Origin: Candidatus Woesearchaeota archaeon | GTDB taxonomy: Archaea; Nanobdellota; Nanobdellia; Woesearchaeales; GW2011-AR15 | Reading direction: 5' to 3' | Length of the DNA stretch: 64,000 nt | Assembly: GCA_038874655.1 (NCBI GenBank) | Contig: JAVZBY010000003.1 | Location: 134,991 to 198,990, forward strand | Part shown: positions 38,740 to 49,424 of the stretch, in pieces | Numbering within the stretch: the first letter of the stretch is position 1 | How the letters are laid out: every line of letters starts with the position of its first letter | Made by a program: the position numbers and the translations under genes | The notes under the pieces: generated by a model | Seen by the model: only the letters and a program-made list of their open reading frames with translations | Told to the model about the DNA's origin: nothing | Databases searched by the model: none

Positions 38740-40011
38740 TTATTTATTCAAACAATCATTTTTTAATTTAGTATTGCTAATTTCTTCACAAATATCTTTG
38801 TTATATATTGCATAATTAATTATACATTGATCTCTTTCATTAGAAGTTAAATAAATACAAAACAAAGGATCCTTAATTTTTTCTATAATTGTTAGTTTAC
38901 ATTCACTATCTTTACAATCAACAATAAGTTGTTTTACAATTCTTGCTTCAATAAGTTTTAATGCCAATATTTTATCTATATCTTTTTCTTGATGGTTTAA
39001 ATTATATTCTTGTTTTATTATTTCATTTTTGATTTTTTGACGAGTTTCAAATAATTCAAGGACTATTTTTTCTGCCATTTTATATATATCCAAATGTGTG
39101 AAAAGTTTATTGGTTGCTTTATAAAATAGAGAATAATCATTATCAAGAAAAGGTGAATTTCGAAGAATATTTATTAATTCATTTTTATCATCTTGATTGA
39201 TTTCTGATATTTTTGAATAAAGATAATTTACATTATTATTTAGAAATTCTATATGCTCATTCATACTTTTTGAACCATCATAAAAGAGAGTATTATTTAT
39301 TATATTTTTCTTAATCCATTTATATTCATTAGAAACAATTTTTTTTGATTCTAATATATCACTTAACATTAATCTAAATTTTTCAAAAAAGATAATATGA
39401 TTTTTCATATCTTCATATACTTTACCATTAAAATAATAAGATAAACTCTCTATCCAGTTTTTTGGAAAAACTACATTTTTATTAATTAATTCACTATGAA
39501 TTGATTGCCATTTATTATTAATTTCCATTGCAACCTGTGTTTTTTGAAGTTCTGGCTCTTCATTTTCAAAGAGATTATCAGAAAGGGTTTGTGTTATTTT
39601 ATAAATATTTTTTTGAAAATTATTAATATTTATATAAGTATTATTAACAAAAATTATACCAAAAATTGAAGCAATTACAAAACATAATATCAAAAAGAAA
39701 AGATATAATATCATCATAGATTTTATAACTGTTTTCTTAACATTTTCTTCTTTTGCTGAGAGAATATTAAATAGAGAAAATGGAAAAAATTTAAACCTAA
39801 AATATGCAACATAATTAAATTCCCCAAAAACCTTTTTAAGTAATTTCATAGATATTAAAAAATATGATAAAATAAAAAAGATAAATAAAGAAGACATTAT
39901 TAAAATAAAACTAAATAAAGAGATTGTTCCAATGAAATCAAAAATAACAAAAGCATAAAGAAGATAAATCAAAAAAGAAAATGTAAATGAAAAATTTAAA
40001 CTTATTAACAA
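38740..40011 (-). CDS. hypothetical membrane protein with C-terminal Cys-containing soluble domain
   Basis: 423 aa, 4 to 5 N-terminal TM segments. Confidence 0.4.
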   Translation of the reverse strand: MLISLNFSFTFSFLIYLLYAFVIFDFIGTISLFSFILIMSSLFIFFILSYFLISMKLLKKVFGEFNYVAYFRFKFFPFSLFNILSAKEENVKKTVIKSMMILYLFFLILCFVIASIFGIIFVNNTYININNFQKNIYKITQTLSDNLFENEEPELQKTQVAMEINNKWQSIHSELINKNVVFPKNWIESLSYYFNGKVYEDMKNHIIFFEKFRLMLSDILESKKIVSNEYKWIKKNIINNTLFYDGSKSMNEHIEFLNNNVNYLYSKISEINQDDKNELINILRNSPFLDNDYSLFYKATNKLFTHLDIYKMAEKIVLELFETRQKIKNEIIKQEYNLNHQEKDIDKILALKLIEARIVKQLIVDCKDSECKLTIIEKIKDPLFCIYLTSNERDQCIINYAIYNKDICEEISNTKLKNDCLNK

Positions 40012-40013
40012 TG

Positions 40014-40397
40014 TTAAAAAGATATATTCAAAAGGATATTTCTTTTGTGAGTTAAAAAAATAAGATAATGAAAAAAGAAATGATAAAAAAAGTATAAATG
40101 ATAAATATAAGAAACTATTAGTGATACTATAAATAAAAAAAAAAATATAGTTAATCCATTAATAAAATTTGCAATATTTATTTTATTACTTTTATATAAG
40201 AAATTAATTATCAAAAAAATACTTGCATAAATAAAAAGAAATATTAATACTTCAAAGATTTTATTAAAGGAATATGAGATAAATAAAATCGACAAAATAA
40301 AAATAAAAAAAACAGAAAATGATAATTTTTTTATATAATTATTAATTGAAATGTTTATCCCTTTCTGAGATAAAGAATCGAAAGATATTTTTTCCAT
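40014..40397 (-). CDS. hypothetical small membrane protein
   Basis: 127 aa, 3 TM segments. Confidence 0.35.
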   Translation of the reverse strand: MEKISFDSLSQKGINISINNYIKKLSFSVFFIFILSILFISYSFNKIFEVLIFLFIYASIFLIINFLYKSNKINIANFINGLTIFFFLFIVSLIVSYIYHLYFFYHFFFHYLIFLTHKRNILLNISF

Positions 40398-40462
40398 TAT
40401 ATAAATTAAAAAAATACATCTATATAAGATTTATTATTTTAATAATTGAAGAAATATTTAAA

Positions 40463-41830
40463 TTAATATAAATTATTTTTACTATAAAACCTTCTTATCA
40501 AATAAGACAAAATAGTTGGCACTAAAAAAGAAGTTAATAAAGCCATTGCTGAAATAATAGAATATTCTTTCACACTTAAAATATTATTTGCCAATCCTAA
40601 AGAAGCTATTATTAAAGCAACTTCTCCTCTTGGAACCATTCCTATTCCAACAATTAAAGAATCTTTAAAATTCAATTTTAGTAAATATGAAAAACCTCCA
40701 CATGCAATAACTTTACTAATTATCGCAATAAGAGTAATTATTAAAATTGGAATAAAATAGAAATATATAGATTTAACATCAACTAATATGCCTAATGAAA
40801 TAAAAAATATAGGCATAAATAAAAACTCTAAGCCATATGTTTTTTCTTCTAGTTCTGCATAATGCCTACTCCTATTTATGATAAGCCCTGCTAAAAAAGC
40901 TCCAACAATAGCAGATAATTTTATAATTTCAGCAACATAAGCAAAAAAAAGCATTAAAGCTATTGAAAGTAAAAATCTTTTATCTCCTAAATCTTTTTTA
41001 TCCAAATATTCAACTATATATCTTCCTGCTATAATAGCTCCAACTACAAAAACAACTGCTGTAAAAAAGGTTTTAGAAACTGTTTTAAATATCTCTCCTT
41101 CTGCATTAGCTAAATTAACAACAATTGACAACAACAACAAACTTAGTATGTCGTCTAAAACAGCAGCGCCAATAATAACTTCTGAAAACTTTTTATCCAA
41201 AACTTTCATTTGTTTCAAGATTGCAACAGAAACACCTACGCTTGTAGCAGATAATGCTGCTCCTATAAACATAGAATAAACAAAATTCTTGCTTAAAAAA
41301 AGTGCATAAAAATATCCCATAAAAAAAGGTAATAAAACACCTGATAATGCAACAAACAAATTCTCCTTTGAAAAAATTTTTTCAACTTTACTATGCAATC
41401 CTACTTTAAAAAGTAAAATTATTGCCCCTAATTGTGCAAAAATCTCTATAATATTTTCGTTCAAAAAAAGCTTTGGTGCATTACCTGGTAGATTAAAAAA
41501 ATCCCAAGAAAAATTTAAAAAACTTGGACTTATTAAAATGCCTAAAATCATTAAAATAATGACATTTTGTGCTTTTAAATAAAATACAGCAACCTCTGCT
41601 AAAACCGCTAAAAGTAATAAAAAAACAATCTCAAAATAGAGATGCTCACTTGGCTCAACTTGACCTAAAATACTCCTTCTAATAATTGAAAAGATTAAAA
41701 TACAAAATAAAATAAAAATTCCCATTGCAGATATATTATAAAAAGGTTTTTTTATTTCTTCTATATCTAAATCTTTTAATTTTATATCATCAACCTTATT
41801 TATAATTTTTTTTATTCTTCTAATAGGCAT
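40463..41830 (-). CDS. cation:proton antiporter (Na+/H+ exchanger family)
   Basis: 455 aa, 12 to 13 TM, Gly-rich helices, GAALSATS/VGVSVAIL-type CPA motifs. Confidence 0.65.
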   Translation of the reverse strand: MPIRRIKKIINKVDDIKLKDLDIEEIKKPFYNISAMGIFILFCILIFSIIRRSILGQVEPSEHLYFEIVFLLLLAVLAEVAVFYLKAQNVIILMILGILISPSFLNFSWDFFNLPGNAPKLFLNENIIEIFAQLGAIILLFKVGLHSKVEKIFSKENLFVALSGVLLPFFMGYFYALFLSKNFVYSMFIGAALSATSVGVSVAILKQMKVLDKKFSEVIIGAAVLDDILSLLLLSIVVNLANAEGEIFKTVSKTFFTAVVFVVGAIIAGRYIVEYLDKKDLGDKRFLLSIALMLFFAYVAEIIKLSAIVGAFLAGLIINRSRHYAELEEKTYGLEFLFMPIFFISLGILVDVKSIYFYFIPILIITLIAIISKVIACGGFSYLLKLNFKDSLIVGIGMVPRGEVALIIASLGLANNILSVKEYSIISAMALLTSFLVPTILSYLIRRFYSKNNLY

Positions 41831-41889
41831 GTTAAAAAAAAAATAATTCCATGTTTAAATAATTTTAGAAAATATAATATTAAAACAAA

Positions 41890-43308
41890 TCAATTTTCAG
41901 ATGCCCTCTTCTGATCTGCTCTAGAATAAAAACCATTAATAACATTAACCAATTGAACTAATCCATTATTACTAACATTCCACAATAAAGCATGTGTATT
42001 AGTGCAAGCATTTGGTCCTTGTGCATATGGTAAAACTAAATAAGTTGAAGTTCCTACAACATAAGTGTCTCTTAATATTTCAGCTTGATGAGTATGTCCT
42101 GAAATACTTTTGCCAGCATCTGCTTCAATTGTCTTTGCATTTCCTCTTCTTCCATTAGGACCAAAATGACCATGCGCTGCTAACTGATATCCTAAGATTT
42201 TATAATCTTCATCTGCTCTTAAAAATTTTACATTCTTAGGCAATTTCCCATGTGATTTAATACCCATTTCAACAGGGTTTTTACCATCAGCAAATTCTTT
42301 TGCCAATTCTAATGCCTTTTTCAAATTTAAAGGATCATTGATAAACCTACCTTCATCTAAATATCTCTCTAACATCATAGGATCATGATTAGAATAAACA
42401 ACTAAAATTTCTCTACCATTATTATTTGTTTCTAATGCATCTAATAAATAACATAATTCATCATAACATGCTTTTAATTCCTCATCTAAACTTAAAAAAC
42501 CTTTATCAGAACCTTCTCTAATTTTTTGACTTATTAAATGCCCTTCTTTATGATGATTAACTGAATGTCCATCAAAAAAATCATGTAAAACAATTCTTTT
42601 TGGTTTAAAATCTTTTATCATCCTTAAATTTGCCTCTTTCACAACAGGATCTGTGTAGCCAACATGCCAATCTCCGAAAACAATTGCTTCTAATGTTGCT
42701 TCTCTAGGTTCTTCATTTGGTAAAAATAAAGTGCCTAAATCTACAAATTTACCATTAGATAATGCCCTCACATTTCTATGATGATAGATTTCATCATCAA
42801 TAACTTCAACAATCCACGCTCCATAGATATGATCTCTTAAAGCTAAATTTCCTAATCTTCTTCTTTCTGCACTAAAATCTTCAGAAGTAGCATAATTAGG
42901 TAATGTAATTGCTCCTGTAGTAATCAATGCTTTTGGAATTTTAATATTGCTATGGGGAATATATTTTAATCTTTGTTTGGGGCTCGCAAAAATAGTGCTA
43001 ATTGCTCTTTGTGTAAATCTCGATAAGCCAGTAATAGGATCAATTTGCCAGGGTCTTATATAAAACTGATCAATCATTACATTATTATTTAACCTCATCT
43101 CATCATAAACAAAAGGAAACCTTTTTAATTGTGAATCCATATATTTAAAGTTCCAATCTTCTTTAGCACTACTTCCTATCATTGGTAAAATAAGTAATTC
43201 TCCATTTACAAAAGATGCGAATTTTTCTAGTGAATTTAAAAAAGGAATGTTTGGCTCAGAAAAAGATTGTGCAGAGGTTATTATATATGTTTTTGGTTGA
43301 TATTGCAC
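41890..43308 (-). CDS. two-domain protein with C-terminal calcineurin-like metallophosphoesterase
   Basis: GDWHVGYTD, LHDFFDGH, VYSNHD, GHFGPNG, GHTHQ metal-ligand motifs. N-terminal 200 aa not recognised. Confidence 0.55.
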   Translation of the reverse strand: MQYQPKTYIITSAQSFSEPNIPFLNSLEKFASFVNGELLILPMIGSSAKEDWNFKYMDSQLKRFPFVYDEMRLNNNVMIDQFYIRPWQIDPITGLSRFTQRAISTIFASPKQRLKYIPHSNIKIPKALITTGAITLPNYATSEDFSAERRRLGNLALRDHIYGAWIVEVIDDEIYHHRNVRALSNGKFVDLGTLFLPNEEPREATLEAIVFGDWHVGYTDPVVKEANLRMIKDFKPKRIVLHDFFDGHSVNHHKEGHLISQKIREGSDKGFLSLDEELKACYDELCYLLDALETNNNGREILVVYSNHDPMMLERYLDEGRFINDPLNLKKALELAKEFADGKNPVEMGIKSHGKLPKNVKFLRADEDYKILGYQLAAHGHFGPNGRRGNAKTIEADAGKSISGHTHQAEILRDTYVVGTSTYLVLPYAQGPNACTNTHALLWNVSNNGLVQLVNVINGFYSRADQKRASEN

Positions 43309-43432
43309 AAAACAGTTAAAAAAATAATAATTTAAAAAGAATTCTTTTTTTATTTATAATTTTTCAAAAATATATTTTAAAAAACAAAAATTATTTAAAA
43401 TAAAAAAATTATTTTATATTTACTCAAACTTT

Positions 43433-43663
43433 TTGATAAAAATGAAAAGAAGATTTCAATATGCTCCTTTATCTGGTGCTTTTATGGCTACTTCAATCCT
43501 TGGATTAATGATTTCTATTTTTTTCGTTTACAAACATTATCCTGATTGGGGAATTACTTTTTCGATAGTTTTTGGAATTATGTTTATTTCCTCAATTATA
43601 TCAATGACAGTGGCTGACCCTGAAGAATTTATTGATTTAGAATCAAAAAATAAAAAACAATAA
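43433..43663 (+). CDS. possible small membrane protein
   Basis: 76 aa, two hydrophobic helices. Confidence 0.3.
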   Translation: MIKMKRRFQYAPLSGAFMATSILGLMISIFFVYKHYPDWGITFSIVFGIMFISSIISMTVADPEEFIDLESKNKKQ

Positions 43664-43677
43664 AAAAATAAAAAAAT

Positions 43678-43977
43678 TTATTTATTAATTCTATCAAACT
43701 TTTCTTTTGCTTTACTCTCTTTATAATAAACTTCATGACTTGCTCTTTTATCAAATAATGCAATTGCAATTTTAATCATATCTGTTTGAAATTGTTTTAA
43801 ATTTTCTTTTTGCATTATTTCAATGGCATCTTGTATTGATTCATGCATTTTTTTTATATTCTCTAATCTGGCCAATTGCTCTTGTTCTTTTTCTTCTTTT
43901 TCTGTTAAATAAACTTCTTCCCATTTATTATAAACTGCTTTTTGAACTTGTTTTGGAAAATCTTTATTAAATGCCAT
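43678..43977 (-). CDS. hypothetical helical protein
   Basis: 99 aa, charged and helical. Confidence 0.35.
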   Translation of the reverse strand: MAFNKDFPKQVQKAVYNKWEEVYLTEKEEKEQEQLARLENIKKMHESIQDAIEIMQKENLKQFQTDMIKIAIALFDKRASHEVYYKESKAKEKFDRINK

Positions 43978-44109
43978 GATAACACCTCTTTTATTAATAT
44001 CATATTAGTAATATAATAAGTATATAAACCTTTCTAAAAAAGGTCTAATTTTTTAAAGAAACTAATACTAAACAGTTAAATTTAAAACCTCATAAAAAAT
44101 AGAAAGATT

Positions 44110-44826
44110 ATGATTTCATTTATTATTCCTACTTTGGATGAAGAAAAAAATATTGAAAGAGTTGTTTCTCAGTTTAATGTTTTAAAAGGCAAATTTAGTT
44201 ATGAAGTTATTGTTGCTGATGGGGGAAGCAAAGATAAAACAAGACAAATTGCTAAAAAACTAGGTTGCAAAGTTTTCAAAAATAATAGAAAAAATCAAAA
44301 CATAGCAAAAAATAGAAACTTAGGTGCAAAACATGCAAAAGGCACTATTCTTGTTTTTTGTGATGCTGATACTCAAATAAAAAACCCTGTCTTTTTTTGT
44401 AAAATTGTTTTAAATAAACTTAAAAATAAAAACATTGTTGCAGGTGTTCCTAAAATCAGAGTATTTCCAAAAGAAGAAAAAAAAGAAGACAAAATTTTTC
44501 TTAAATTATTGAATTATTTTGTTGAAAAAAGTTTTAAATCAAAATATCCTATGGCATCAGGACAATGTCAAATTATAAAAAAAACAGCATTTGAAAAGGT
44601 AAATGGCTATAATGAAAATTTATCTTATGGTGAAGATGCAGACATTTTTTTAAGATTAGGAAGAATAGGCAAACTTTATTTTTTCTCAAATTTGATTGTT
44701 TATGAGAGTCCAAGAAGATATAGAAAATGGGGATATCCTAAATTAATTACAAATGCTATCTCTAATTATTTATATAAAATACTTTTTAAAAAAGAAAAAA
44801 TAAAAGAATGGAAAAGAGTTGATTAA
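44110..44826 (+). CDS. family 2 glycosyltransferase
   Basis: ISFIIPTLDEEKNI, VIVADGGSKDKT, FCDADT. Confidence 0.75.
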   Translation: MISFIIPTLDEEKNIERVVSQFNVLKGKFSYEVIVADGGSKDKTRQIAKKLGCKVFKNNRKNQNIAKNRNLGAKHAKGTILVFCDADTQIKNPVFFCKIVLNKLKNKNIVAGVPKIRVFPKEEKKEDKIFLKLLNYFVEKSFKSKYPMASGQCQIIKKTAFEKVNGYNENLSYGEDADIFLRLGRIGKLYFFSNLIVYESPRRYRKWGYPKLITNAISNYLYKILFKKEKIKEWKRVD

Positions 44827-44850
44827 TTTTTTTATCATTTATAATATAAT

Positions 44851-46566
44851 TCATTTTACTGTAACTGATTTTGCTAAATTTCTTGGCTTATCAATAGGTA
44901 AATCTTTTTTTAATGCAATATAATAAGTTAATAATTGACCTATAATTGCTGCTAAAATTCCAAATTTACCATCATTATCAGTATTCACTTTAAGATCACC
45001 CTCTAATTCATTTGTAATTTTTATTACAAAAGCGCCTCTTGCTTCAACCTCTTTTGTATTTGATAACATAGCATAATCCTTATTGCTTATTAATGAAATT
45101 ACTGGTGTACCTTTTTCTATTAATGCAATTGTTCCATGTTTTAGTTCTCCGCCCATCATGCCTTCTGCATGTATATAAGAAATTTCTTTAATTTTAAGTG
45201 CTATTTCTCTAGCAACAGGATAACTTAAACCTCTGCCTAAAATATAAATATCTCTTTTATCGTAAATTAAATTCGCTATTTTTTTAATTTCCTTTCTTAA
45301 TAAAAGTGTTTCTTCAATTTTTTCAGGTAAATTTTCTAAATTTATTTTAAACCCAAATTCTTGAGCAATTCTCAACAATAAAGTAACTTGATTAACAAAT
45401 GACTTTGTCGCAGCAACACAAATTTCTTGTCCAGCTGCAATATTTAATGAAATTTCTGACATCCTTTGTATAGTTGAGTAAGGAACATTAACAATAGAGG
45501 CAATTTTTGCGTCATTCTTTTTTGCGTACTTTAATGCTTCAATAACATCCATTGTTTCTCCTGATTGTGATATTGCTATTACTAAAGTGTCTTTATCAAC
45601 TCCTACAAAATGCTCAAATTCTGATGCAATAATAGTCTGTGCATTAATATTGCATTTATGCAAATAATAAACCCCTAACAAAGAAGCATGATAGCTTGTT
45701 CCTGCAGCAACAAAAGTTATTTTTTTTGCTTTTTTCATTAAACTAACAAATTTATCAAAATTTTCTTTTTGCTCTGCTTTCAAACTTAACAACAATCTTC
45801 TAACAACTTTTGGTTCTTCCATTATTTCTTTTATCATATAATGCTGATAATTTTCTGTTTTGCTTTCTTCTTGTTCCCATGAAAATTCAAAAATTTTTTT
45901 TTCAATTTTTTCTCCATTTGTATTATAAAAAGTATAATCTTTTTCATTTATGATCGCAAATTCATTATTATCAAAAAAAATTGCTTTATTTGTTATATCA
46001 GAAAAAGCATAAATATCTGATGCTAAATAAAACTCACTTTTTCCAATTCCCAAAACCAAAGGTGAATCCCTTCTTAGTGCATATAAATTATTATCTCCCT
46101 CAATAACAACTAATATTGCAAATTCTCCTTTTATCTCATTTATAAAATCAATGCAAGCTTCTTTCATTGATTTTATTTTTAATTTTTCTTCAAAATAATG
46201 TGCCGCAATCTCTGTATCCGTCTGACTTATAAATTTATGACCTTTTTTTTCTAAATCTTTTTTTAGTTCTTCATAATTTTCAATAATACCATTATGCACT
46301 AAAGCAATTTTTTTATCACAAGATAAATGTGGATGCGCATTAAAATCAGTAACACCACCATGTGTTGCCCATCTCGTGTGTGTTATAATTTTTTTTGTTT
46401 TGTCTTCTATGTTAGGAACAACAATATTTCCTACTTTTTTAATTAATTTTTTATCATAATAATAACCAAAAGAATCATAACCTCTATATTCTAATCTTTT
46501 TAATCTTTTTAATGCATCATTAACTAAAAAATCATTTTTTGAAATTATTCCCACAATTCCACACAT
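44851..46566 (-). CDS. glmS: glutamine--fructose-6-phosphate aminotransferase
   Basis: MCGIVGI N-terminal nucleophile, two SIS domains, C-terminal ...KSVTVK. Confidence 0.9.
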   Translation of the reverse strand: MCGIVGIISKNDFLVNDALKRLKRLEYRGYDSFGYYYDKKLIKKVGNIVVPNIEDKTKKIITHTRWATHGGVTDFNAHPHLSCDKKIALVHNGIIENYEELKKDLEKKGHKFISQTDTEIAAHYFEEKLKIKSMKEACIDFINEIKGEFAILVVIEGDNNLYALRRDSPLVLGIGKSEFYLASDIYAFSDITNKAIFFDNNEFAIINEKDYTFYNTNGEKIEKKIFEFSWEQEESKTENYQHYMIKEIMEEPKVVRRLLLSLKAEQKENFDKFVSLMKKAKKITFVAAGTSYHASLLGVYYLHKCNINAQTIIASEFEHFVGVDKDTLVIAISQSGETMDVIEALKYAKKNDAKIASIVNVPYSTIQRMSEISLNIAAGQEICVAATKSFVNQVTLLLRIAQEFGFKINLENLPEKIEETLLLRKEIKKIANLIYDKRDIYILGRGLSYPVAREIALKIKEISYIHAEGMMGGELKHGTIALIEKGTPVISLISNKDYAMLSNTKEVEARGAFVIKITNELEGDLKVNTDNDGKFGILAAIIGQLLTYYIALKKDLPIDKPRNLAKSVTVK

Positions 46567-46622
46567 ATTTTCACCTTGTATTTTTTTAATAATACTTTTT
46601 TAATATTTTCTAAAACTTTTTT

Positions 46623-47861
46623 TTATTCAATATCTTTTTTCACTATTTCTCCTGGCAATGTTGTTTTATTAGGCCAAATTTTTCTTCCTGGATAGATAGA
46701 TGTATGTATCCCTGTATGAACATTATCTCCTATAATAGCACCTAATTTTCTTCTACCACTATCAACTAAATTACCCTTCACAAAAGAAAATACATTTGAA
46801 TCATCATGCCTTAGATTTGCTGTTATTGTTCCTGCACCAAAATTTACATTATTTCCTATAATAGAATCCCCTACATAAGATAAATGCCCGATTGAAGTTT
46901 TATCTCCAATAATAGAATTTTTTACTTCAACTGCATTTCCTATTTTACAATTATTTCCAATACTAGAAAAACCTCTTATATAACAATTAGGGCCAATCAC
47001 ACAATTATCCCCAATAATAATATTTCCTTCTAAATAACTTCCTGATTTAACAATTGTATTCTGTCCAATAATTATATTCCCTTTTAATGTAGCACCTTTT
47101 TCAATAATACCTTTATTAATAGATTTTTTAAAATTACTTAAAATTATTTCATTAGCATTTAACAAACTCCAAGGATAGGTTATTGGAATCCAAAAATCTG
47201 CTATATTATAATTAACTACTTCTTTTTCAGATAATTTTTTTATAAAATCTGTAATTTCATATTCATTTCTCTCTGAAAGAGCTATATCAAAATCAAATAT
47301 TTTTTTATCTAAAACATATACTCCTGTATTAGCAAAACCTTTTCTTTTTTCTTGTGGTTTTTCTTTTATTGTTATTATCTTTTTATTTTTTTCATCAACA
47401 ATAAGTTCACCAAAATTACTTATATCAAAAACTTGTTTGGCTAAAACAGAATATCTATCTTTCAAGCAATTTTCAATATCTCCTTTTGAATAGATATCAT
47501 CTCCATTAATTACTATAAACCTGTCTTTTAGATAATTTTTTACTTCTAATAATGCTCCTCCTGTTCCGTTTTGCTCTTTTTGTTCAACAAACTTTATATT
47601 TAGTTTAGGATATTTCTCTTCAACATATTTTACTATTTGTTCTTTAAGATAACCAACAACAATTAATATCTCATTTGTAAGATCCTTAATTGCTTCAATG
47701 TTATATTCCAAAAGTGTTTTATTAGCCACTCTTAATAAGGGTTTTGGTTTTGTAATAGTTAATGGCCATGCTCTTGTAGATTTACCTGCACATAAGATTA
47801 TTGCTTGATCTATTTTATATTTGTTTACTTTATTGTTATTTATGGAATTTTTTTTTGCCAT
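46623..47861 (-). CDS. glmU: archaeal bifunctional sugar-1-phosphate nucleotidyltransferase / acetyltransferase (GlmU-like)
   Basis: AIILCAGKSTR NTP-transferase fold plus C-terminal hexapeptide-repeat left-handed beta-helix (IIGDN, IGNN repeats). Confidence 0.8.
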   Translation of the reverse strand: MAKKNSINNNKVNKYKIDQAIILCAGKSTRAWPLTITKPKPLLRVANKTLLEYNIEAIKDLTNEILIVVGYLKEQIVKYVEEKYPKLNIKFVEQKEQNGTGGALLEVKNYLKDRFIVINGDDIYSKGDIENCLKDRYSVLAKQVFDISNFGELIVDEKNKKIITIKEKPQEKRKGFANTGVYVLDKKIFDFDIALSERNEYEITDFIKKLSEKEVVNYNIADFWIPITYPWSLLNANEIILSNFKKSINKGIIEKGATLKGNIIIGQNTIVKSGSYLEGNIIIGDNCVIGPNCYIRGFSSIGNNCKIGNAVEVKNSIIGDKTSIGHLSYVGDSIIGNNVNFGAGTITANLRHDDSNVFSFVKGNLVDSGRRKLGAIIGDNVHTGIHTSIYPGRKIWPNKTTLPGEIVKKDIE

Positions 47862-47862
47862 T

Positions 47863-49242
47863 TTATACTCCTATCTCTTTTTTTATTGCGTTTGCTATTT
47901 TATTAGCTATTTTTTTCATTATTCCAGAATCTTTAGCTTCAACCATTACTCTTATCAATTGCTCTGTCCCACTATATCTTACTAAAATTCTTCCTTGGTT
48001 TTCTAAAATCTTTTCTGAATCCATAATTATTGAGTAAGCATTTAATTTTTCTAATGGCTTTTTTTCTTTAACTTTTACATTAATAGTAATTTGAGGATAT
48101 TTTTTTAAAACACTTGCTAATTTTGATAACTTTATTTTTTTTTCTTTCATAATTCTTAGAATTTGCAGAGCAGCAATAATTCCATCTCCTGTCGTGTTAT
48201 AATCTGAAAAAATAATATGCCCTGAATATTCCCCACCTAGGTTATAGTTATTTTTTCTCATTTCATCAATAACATATCTATCTCCATTAAGAACTTTGAC
48301 AACATTAGCATTATGTTTTTTCATCAATTCATCAAAAGCCAGATTCGTGTATTGTGTTGCAACAATTGTATTTTTTGCCAATTTATTTTTTTCTAATAAA
48401 TATAAGCCAGCAATAGCTAAAATATAATCCCCATCTAAAATATTACCTTCTTCATCTATTAAAATTACTCTATCTGCATCACCATCCAATGTAATCCCTA
48501 TGTCTGCATTATAACCCAAAACTGCTGATTTTGCAAGTTCTGGATAAAGTGCACCACAGTCCTTATTTATATTATTTCCATCCGGTTGATTAGATAAAAC
48601 AATTACATCTGCTTTTAATTCTCTCAATATTAAAGGTGCCACTTTATAAGCTGCACCATTAGCACAATCTAAAACTATTTTCAAACCATTTAAAGAATTA
48701 TTTTTTATAGTTCCTTTTGCAAATTCAATATATCTTCCCTGTGCATCATCAATTCTATAAGCTCTACCTATTTCTTTTGATGTAATATGTTCAGTTTTTA
48801 TATGATTATTAGTTAAATCCTTTAAAACAAGATCTTCTATTTGAGATTCTACTTCATCAGGCAATTTATAGCCCTCTGAATCAAAGAATTTTATACCGTT
48901 ATCATCAGAAGGATTATGTGAAGCAGAAATCATTATTCCGGCATCAGCAGCAAAAGACCTTGTTAAATGCGCAATTGCTGGAGTAGGCATAGGCCCAACT
49001 AACAAAACATCTGCACCCATGGAAGTTAATCCTGAGGTTAATGCATATTCTAACATATAACCACTTAATCTAGTATCTTTTCCAATTAAAAAAACCGGTT
49101 TTTTTTCTTTAACTTTTTTATTAACATCCTTATTTCTCAATACAAGAGCAGCAGCTTTTCCTAATTTTAAAGCAACTTCTGCTGTAATTGGATATGTGTT
49201 TGCTTTGCCTCTAACCCCATCAGTACCAAATAATCTAGCCAT
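47863..49242 (-). CDS. glmM: phosphoglucosamine mutase / phosphohexomutase
   Basis: MARLFGTDGVRGKAN, ISASHNPSDDNGIKF active-site Ser loop, GDGDADR metal loop. Confidence 0.8.
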   Translation of the reverse strand: MARLFGTDGVRGKANTYPITAEVALKLGKAAALVLRNKDVNKKVKEKKPVFLIGKDTRLSGYMLEYALTSGLTSMGADVLLVGPMPTPAIAHLTRSFAADAGIMISASHNPSDDNGIKFFDSEGYKLPDEVESQIEDLVLKDLTNNHIKTEHITSKEIGRAYRIDDAQGRYIEFAKGTIKNNSLNGLKIVLDCANGAAYKVAPLILRELKADVIVLSNQPDGNNINKDCGALYPELAKSAVLGYNADIGITLDGDADRVILIDEEGNILDGDYILAIAGLYLLEKNKLAKNTIVATQYTNLAFDELMKKHNANVVKVLNGDRYVIDEMRKNNYNLGGEYSGHIIFSDYNTTGDGIIAALQILRIMKEKKIKLSKLASVLKKYPQITINVKVKEKKPLEKLNAYSIIMDSEKILENQGRILVRYSGTEQLIRVMVEAKDSGIMKKIANKIANAIKKEIGV

Positions 49243-49424
49243 AATTTATTGGCATTAAATTTTATTTAAAAAGTTAATTAAAAGAAAATTTATAACCAAA
49301 TACAAAACTTTATAAATAAAAAACAAAAAAAGAATATTTTTTTATAAAAAATATATAAAAATATTATAATTTTTTTTATAATAATATAAATTTTATAGTA
49401 ATATTTATTAATTCGTTTGTTTTT

